In this document: positions 16,957-20,870 of the stretch, piece after piece
Layout of the letters: every line of letters begins with the position of its first letter
How positions within the stretch are numbered: position 1 is the stretch's first letter
Position numbers and translations under genes: made by a program
DNA from: Nitrosopumilaceae archaeon
GTDB taxonomy: Archaea; Thermoproteota; Nitrososphaeria; Nitrososphaerales; Nitrosopumilaceae
Assembly (NCBI GenBank): GCA_052389415.1
Contig: JBQTHX010000043.1
Location: 1 to 20,870, forward strand
Direction of reading: 5' to 3'
DNA: 20,870 bases
The notes under the pieces: model-generated
Databases searched by the model: none
Told to the model about the DNA's origin: nothing
Seen by the model: the letters and a program-made list of their open reading frames with translations, nothing else

Positions 16957-17367
16957 TTAGGACAAGATTTTTGTTGGCTTGCCAAAAACCTCTTTGTAAG
17001 TTCTTGGCTTGCCATCTTTGAATATGGTTTCACAACAGTACTTCATGGAAAAGGCTGCCATCTGTTCCACAATAGGCTTGAGAGCATTTCCTTTTTCTGT
17101 AATGCTGTATTCTATTCGAATTGGGGTTTCAGGATAGACATTTCTTGATATCAATCCACTTTTTTCCATCTCTTTTAGTCTGACTGCCAGCGTCTTTGGG
17201 TTTATTCCCTCTACTGATTCTAGAAATTGGTTGAACCTTGTCTGACCAAGCATAGTCATGTTTCTCAAAATATGAATCGTGAATTTTTTCCCAATTATCT
17301 TAAAGGTGTTATCAACTGGACAGCACATCATCCCATCCGAAATTATTTTTAACTTTTGATCTATCAA
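16957..17367 (-). CDS. HxlR/DUF24-family wHTH transcriptional regulator
   Basis: CPVDNTFKIIGKKF, RFNQFLESVEGINPKTLAVRLKEME, PIRIEYSITEKG; conserved N-terminal Cys. Confidence 0.92.
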   Translation of the reverse strand: MIDQKLKIISDGMMCCPVDNTFKIIGKKFTIHILRNMTMLGQTRFNQFLESVEGINPKTLAVRLKEMEKSGLISRNVYPETPIRIEYSITEKGNALKPIVEQMAAFSMKYCCETIFKDGKPRTYKEVFGKPTKILS

Positions 17368-17383
17368 CTTACTAGATTCTCAC

Positions 17384-17449
17384 TTACTTTCTATGAAGTT
17401 ACTTTCTATTTTATATACTTACCTTTCTATAGCTACTATAAGAAAGTAA
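17384..17449. promoter_or_regulatory. Repeated operator-like motif in the divergent hxlR / SEC-C promoter
   Basis: TTACTTTCTAT at 17384-17394 and 17399-17409, TTACCTTTCTAT at 17419-17430 and an inverted copy AGAAAGTAA at 17441-17449, flanking a TTTTATAT box. Confidence 0.6.
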
Positions 17450-17450
17450 T

Positions 17451-17792
17451 ATGGAATGCAATACAGAATCATGCTGCACAGGCCATGAAGAGACGTGTGC
17501 TTGTGGCTCCGATAAACCATACGAAAAGTGCTGTGGAAATGAACCAATGGATCCAGCCCAACATGGAATCATGATGGGACACAAGGCTTTCTTTGCAGCA
17601 CTAGAACAGGCTCAGACAGAGAGACTCAGAAAAAAGATAGAGGCAGGCTTTGGTCAAGTTCTTGACAAGGAAACAGATGCTATCTTTGAAGCGATAGGAA
17701 AGATCTGGAGCTCTACTGTCATGCAGTCTGATGCAAAAAAAGAGCTTGCGGCAAAACTGCAAAAGATATACGCAGACGCAAATCGAAAGTAG
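17451..17792 (+). CDS. SEC-C (zinc-binding) motif protein with a Cys-rich N-terminus and helical C-domain
   Basis: CACGSDKPYEKCCG matches SEC-C (CxCGSGKKYKxCCG); extra N-terminal MECNTESCC. Confidence 0.8.
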   Translation: MECNTESCCTGHEETCACGSDKPYEKCCGNEPMDPAQHGIMMGHKAFFAALEQAQTERLRKKIEAGFGQVLDKETDAIFEAIGKIWSSTVMQSDAKKELAAKLQKIYADANRK

Positions 17793-17798
17793 TCAATA

Positions 17799-17839
17799 CT
17801 TTCCTCCTTCTTTATTTTTAGTTATGCTTTCCTATTTTT
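17799..17839 (+). terminator. Pyrimidine/T-rich archaeal terminator candidate
   Basis: T-tracts (ttctttattttta...cctattttt) right after the SEC-C gene stop, between convergent genes. Confidence 0.4.
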
Positions 17840-17849
17840 GAAAAAATAA

Positions 17850-18467
17850 CTATGGACTAGAATCAGTAAGGTTGACCTGAGGAACTGTTGTTAGGGCTTG
17901 TTCTGTAGCTTCATATGGTGTGTATGTAGACATGCCCCACGGAGCTAGCCCAAGAAAACCGCTCTGATTGAAAACATTATTTGGAAAAGTCCTCAGGTGT
18001 GTGTTAAAATCCCTAACTCCATCGTTGTAATAGGTTCTAGCAACTGCTATTCTGTTTTCCGTACCAGCAAGCTCATCCATTAATCTTGTAACAGTACTGT
18101 CTGCTTTGAGATTTGGATAGGCTTCATATGTTAGAATAATCTTGCTTAGAGCTTGCTCTATCTGATTACTTAGTTGTACTCTGGTCTCACTTGAAGATGA
18201 AGACTGCCATTGTGATCGTAGTCTGGTAACGTCTTCTAGAACTTGTTTTTCAAACTGCATGTATCCTTTGACTGATTCGACTAGATTTGGAATCAGATCA
18301 TATCTTCTTTGCAGCTGTGCCTCTACATCTGCTGCCAGTTTTTTTACATTCTCGTCTTTTCCTTGTGTAGCATTAAACCCTGAAAAATACATTCCGTATA
18401 GTCCACCAATTATCAATACGATGATGCCAACACCGATGCCAATTGCAATAATTTTTTTGTTAACCAT
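17850..18467 (-). CDS. lemA: LemA family protein
   Basis: N-terminal TM, QLQRRYDLIPNLVESVKGY, EAYPNLKAD, ELAGTENRIAVARTYYN and FPNN. Confidence 0.95.
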   Translation of the reverse strand: MVNKKIIAIGIGVGIIVLIIGGLYGMYFSGFNATQGKDENVKKLAADVEAQLQRRYDLIPNLVESVKGYMQFEKQVLEDVTRLRSQWQSSSSSETRVQLSNQIEQALSKIILTYEAYPNLKADSTVTRLMDELAGTENRIAVARTYYNDGVRDFNTHLRTFPNNVFNQSGFLGLAPWGMSTYTPYEATEQALTTVPQVNLTDSSP

Positions 18468-18520
18468 TTCAGATATCGCAGATTAGAACCTCTTGAATAT
18501 TACTTTATTGTAGAATATTT

Positions 18521-19336
18521 TCATCTACCAGCACCTCCTCCACCAGAACGTCCTCCGCCACCGCCAAAGCCTCCTCCACTTCCTCCCCATCCACCACCAT
18601 ATGGTCCATAATATCCTCTTCTTCTTCGTCGCCTACTACCAAGTATTGCCATTGTTATGAAGGCACCAAAAAAGAGGACAAGAAGAATCACTGTCATTGG
18701 ATCAATCTCATCTTGAAAAAAATCCTGGATTGGCTCTGAAGGAGCATCTTCACTAACATATCCAGCTCTTTGTGCCAACGATATTACAGTGTCAACAAAG
18801 GCTTTGTCAAAAGCTGCAATATCACCAGTCTCTTCATATGATTCTCTCGCAGGTACAAGATAGGAATCTAAAATCGCGCCTGCTGTACCGTCAGTAATAT
18901 CTCCCTCCATGCCTCTTCCGATCTCTATTCGCATAGAACCCCCTCCAGAGTCGCGTTCAAGGGAGAGCAAGACAAGAATTCCATTGTCCTTGCCTTTCTT
19001 TCCTATTCCTGTAATCCCATCAAGTTGTACTTCATTGAAGAGATAATTTGCTAGCATGTCTCTTTCCTGGATTTCCTGACCATCTTTTTTTATTCCATGA
19101 CCAATGTAGCTTGGAATCGTGTAGACTACAATTTCAACCGTAGTGGCATCATCTACATTTCTAAGATATGAATCAAGGTAAGACTGGGTCTGATCGCTGA
19201 TAATCTCTGCAGTGTCATAGATGTATCCTGGTCTTGATCCTGCTGCGCTTACAGTGGAAAATATTGATAATGCAAATATGAGAATCAAGAGTGCAGAAAA
19301 ATATCGGTGCAACAAACTCTGTGAATCTTTTACCAA
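18521..19336 (-). CDS. TPM domain-containing membrane protein
   Basis: Signal peptide, GIGKKGKDNGILVL, RIEIGRGMEGDITD, TM helix, poly-Arg and a Gly-rich tail ending SGGGGAGR; next to lemA as is typical. Confidence 0.9.
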   Translation of the reverse strand: MVKDSQSLLHRYFSALLILIFALSIFSTVSAAGSRPGYIYDTAEIISDQTQSYLDSYLRNVDDATTVEIVVYTIPSYIGHGIKKDGQEIQERDMLANYLFNEVQLDGITGIGKKGKDNGILVLLSLERDSGGGSMRIEIGRGMEGDITDGTAGAILDSYLVPARESYEETGDIAAFDKAFVDTVISLAQRAGYVSEDAPSEPIQDFFQDEIDPMTVILLVLFFGAFITMAILGSRRRRRRGYYGPYGGGWGGSGGGFGGGGGRSGGGGAGR

Positions 19337-19384
19337 TCTTAAAGATTTGTAATTTGATTTGTGTTTTGGGCTCTAGTTACGTTC

Positions 19385-19401
19385 TGGATTAGAGTAATCC
19401 A
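19385..19401. promoter_or_regulatory. Palindrome TGGATTA-gag-TAATCCA upstream of the TPM-lemA pair
   Basis: Perfect 7-3-7 inverted repeat about 50 nt upstream of the TPM start. Confidence 0.4.
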
Positions 19402-19448
19402 TTTGTTATCTTCAACCAATTGATTATTTTTGTTATGCATTTCAAAAT

Positions 19449-19583
19449 TCAATCTAATTTTTCCCACTCTATAGTTTTATGACAGTTGCAATCACAATCA
19501 TCCCCACAACAAATTTCAGCGCATCCACTACATCTAAGCTTCAAGAGCCAGATCGCTGCCTCCTCACTATCGTTGCATTCCAA
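19449..19583 (-). CDS. Metallothionein-like Cys-rich peptide 2 (44 aa, not in the ORF track)
   Basis: MECNDSEEAAIWLLKLRCSGCAEICCGDDCDCNCHKTIEWEKLD* (TTG start, 8 Cys). An alternative TTG start further in, downstream of GAGGAGG, would give 31 aa. Confidence 0.55.
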   Translation of the reverse strand: MECNDSEEAAIWLLKLRCSGCAEICCGDDCDCNCHKTIEWEKLD

Positions 19584-19674
19584 CCTTACATAGACCTATC
19601 CTGCAGTTATGACAGACATAATCATCTGCTGTATTCTGACATCCGCAACTGCAGGTGCAGGTATAATCATTCAT
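19567..19674 (-). CDS. Metallothionein-like Cys-rich peptide 1 (35 aa, not in the ORF track)
   Basis: MNDYTCTCSCGCQNTADDYVCHNCRIGLCKVGMQR* (7 Cys, CxCxCxC and CxxC); TTATAT box about 25 nt upstream. Confidence 0.6.
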   Translation of the reverse strand: MNDYTCTCSCGCQNTADDYVCHNCRIGLCKVGMQR

Positions 19675-19788
19675 CAACTTTACTACGTCAAGGTTACATA
19701 TAACAAACACTTAGAAAAGATAAATCACGATCGTAAATGATCCAAACAAGGAATTTTCTTTTTATACTTTGAAATTCATTATAGTTCC

Positions 19789-19899
19789 ATGTGTAATGAA
19801 ATTGAATATGCCATGCTAGAAGAATACCTGGCTAAGATAAAACCAAAAGAGTCCAAGGAGAAAGAGCCAGAGAAGAAAGTCGTAGAGATTGTGGCATAG
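19789..19899 (+). CDS. Small charged protein (36 aa, not in the ORF track)
   Basis: MCNEIEYAMLEEYLAKIKPKESKEKEPEKKVVEIVA*; TTTATA box about 25 nt upstream; purine-rich coding bias. Confidence 0.55.
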   Translation: MCNEIEYAMLEEYLAKIKPKESKEKEPEKKVVEIVA

Positions 19900-19936
19900 T
19901 TAACACATCGAAGTCAGACAGATACACCAAGGTATC

Positions 19937-20323
19937 TTATTCTCGTCCGATTAGCTTCATGATTTTGTTTGCAGTCTTGTCAATGTCTACGTCTGGCTCT
20001 GCTGATACCAACAAAACGTTAGAGTTGAGTGGAAAACTGAGCACGACCGCCTTTTCCCTTCGTGAGGCAGCATATTTTACCTGACCTAGGCTGTAATCAA
20101 AGTCCTTTCTCATCGAGACTCTTAATGCAAGTTCCATGTACATTTTCCTTCTTTCAGCTTCGTCTTCCAGTGGAGTTATTCCGGGTTTAAAGCCGCCAGC
20201 TACAAGGTGACCCATGTTGTTTATGAGCCCAGCGAATCTTATCTCGTCTATCTCTGTAAGCTTTTGGCATTTTTGATCATAAATCAAATACTCGTTTGCC
20301 TTTTGCACCTGTTTGTTCATCAA
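19937..20323 (-). CDS. Thaumarchaeal DUF6659-like (roadblock/profilin-like) protein
   Basis: IRFAGLINNMGHLVAGG...ALRVSMRKDFDYSLGQVKY...REK pattern of this expanded thaumarchaeal family. Confidence 0.75.
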   Translation of the reverse strand: MMNKQVQKANEYLIYDQKCQKLTEIDEIRFAGLINNMGHLVAGGFKPGITPLEDEAERRKMYMELALRVSMRKDFDYSLGQVKYAASRREKAVVLSFPLNSNVLLVSAEPDVDIDKTANKIMKLIGRE

Positions 20324-20453
20324 GTACTCTTAGGCTATCACCGGATAAAAAACCGATCATAAAGGCAAGAATTAGTATTGTAATTTTATTTCTGATATGA
20401 CATCAAAAAAATTCGATAGTCATAATAGAAACGTGTGTCCTTACTAATTAGAA

Positions 20454-20855
20454 ATGCAAGGTGACATATCAAAAATCCTAGTTAAAGACATTATGACAAG
20501 AGCGATAGTGTCTGTAGATCCATCAACGACGGTCTACCAAGTAGCAAAGATGATGGAGCAAGGAGGATTTGGAGCAATAATAGTGAAAGAAAATAACTTG
20601 CCAAAAGGAATAATCACTGATAGAGATTTTGCTGTCAAAATTGCCGTGAACAATCATTCTATGGATACTCCTGTGTACAAAGTGGCATCGTATCCACTAC
20701 AAACCATAAACTCTAATGAATCAATCGTGGTTGCCGCAAATGTAATGTCTGCAAAAAAAATTCGAAAATTGATTGCAATCGATGATGACAAAGTGGTTGG
20801 AATAATTACGTCCACAGATATCGTAAATCAGCTAGCGAAAATGGATAATGCTTAG
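20454..20855 (+). CDS. CBS domain-containing protein
   Basis: VKDIMT, GIITDRD and VVGIITSTDIV: tandem CBS pair. Confidence 0.92.
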   Translation: MQGDISKILVKDIMTRAIVSVDPSTTVYQVAKMMEQGGFGAIIVKENNLPKGIITDRDFAVKIAVNNHSMDTPVYKVASYPLQTINSNESIVVAANVMSAKKIRKLIAIDDDKVVGIITSTDIVNQLAKMDNA

Positions 20856-20870
20856 GTAGGAAAGTATTCA

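Noticed and set aside
17356-17574. 72-aa plus-strand ORF
   Set aside because: Spans the operator region and overlaps the SEC-C gene out of frame.
18521-18640. CCA/CCT/CCG-rich repeat-like tract
   Set aside because: It encodes the usual Gly-rich tail of TPM proteins and is not an independent repeat.
19479-19703. 74-aa plus-strand ORF in the track
   Set aside because: Likely the antisense shadow of the two Cys-rich minus-strand ORFs.
1-20870. CRISPR arrays, tRNA/rRNA, IS elements and the other short antisense ORFs in the track
   Set aside because: No repeat-spacer periodicity, GC-rich structured RNA or transposase/integrase was seen. The remaining short ORFs lie within well-supported genes.

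Overview
AT-rich archaeal DNA whose gene content points to an ammonia-oxidising thaumarchaeon (Nitrososphaerota): split cofG/cofH, archaeal Elp3, class I LysRS, a DUF6659-like protein and TATA-led leaderless genes. The left half (1-10.5 kb) is mostly housekeeping: cofG-cofH-pmbA-like, a Na+/Ca2+ antiporter, small regulators, purM and elp3-lysS. The right half is accessory-like. Its highlight is a 466-aa protein (13722-15122, minus) that resembles eukaryotic tubulin rather than FtsZ (artubulin-like). It has PRALLVDLDP, GAARNWAEG, GGGTGS and H11/H12-like C-terminal helices, a degenerate T7 loop and no acidic tail, and it is tightly linked to an uncharacterised 181-aa coiled-coil gene. The region also holds several small ORFs missing from the ORF track, including a tandem pair of metallothionein-like Cys-rich peptides and a CxxC/CxC peptide. 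It further contains a divergent HxlR regulator / SEC-C protein pair with a repeated operator-like motif and a TPM-lemA pair. I saw no rRNA, tRNA, CRISPR array or mobile element. All protein comparisons were made by eye from remembered motifs, not by database search.
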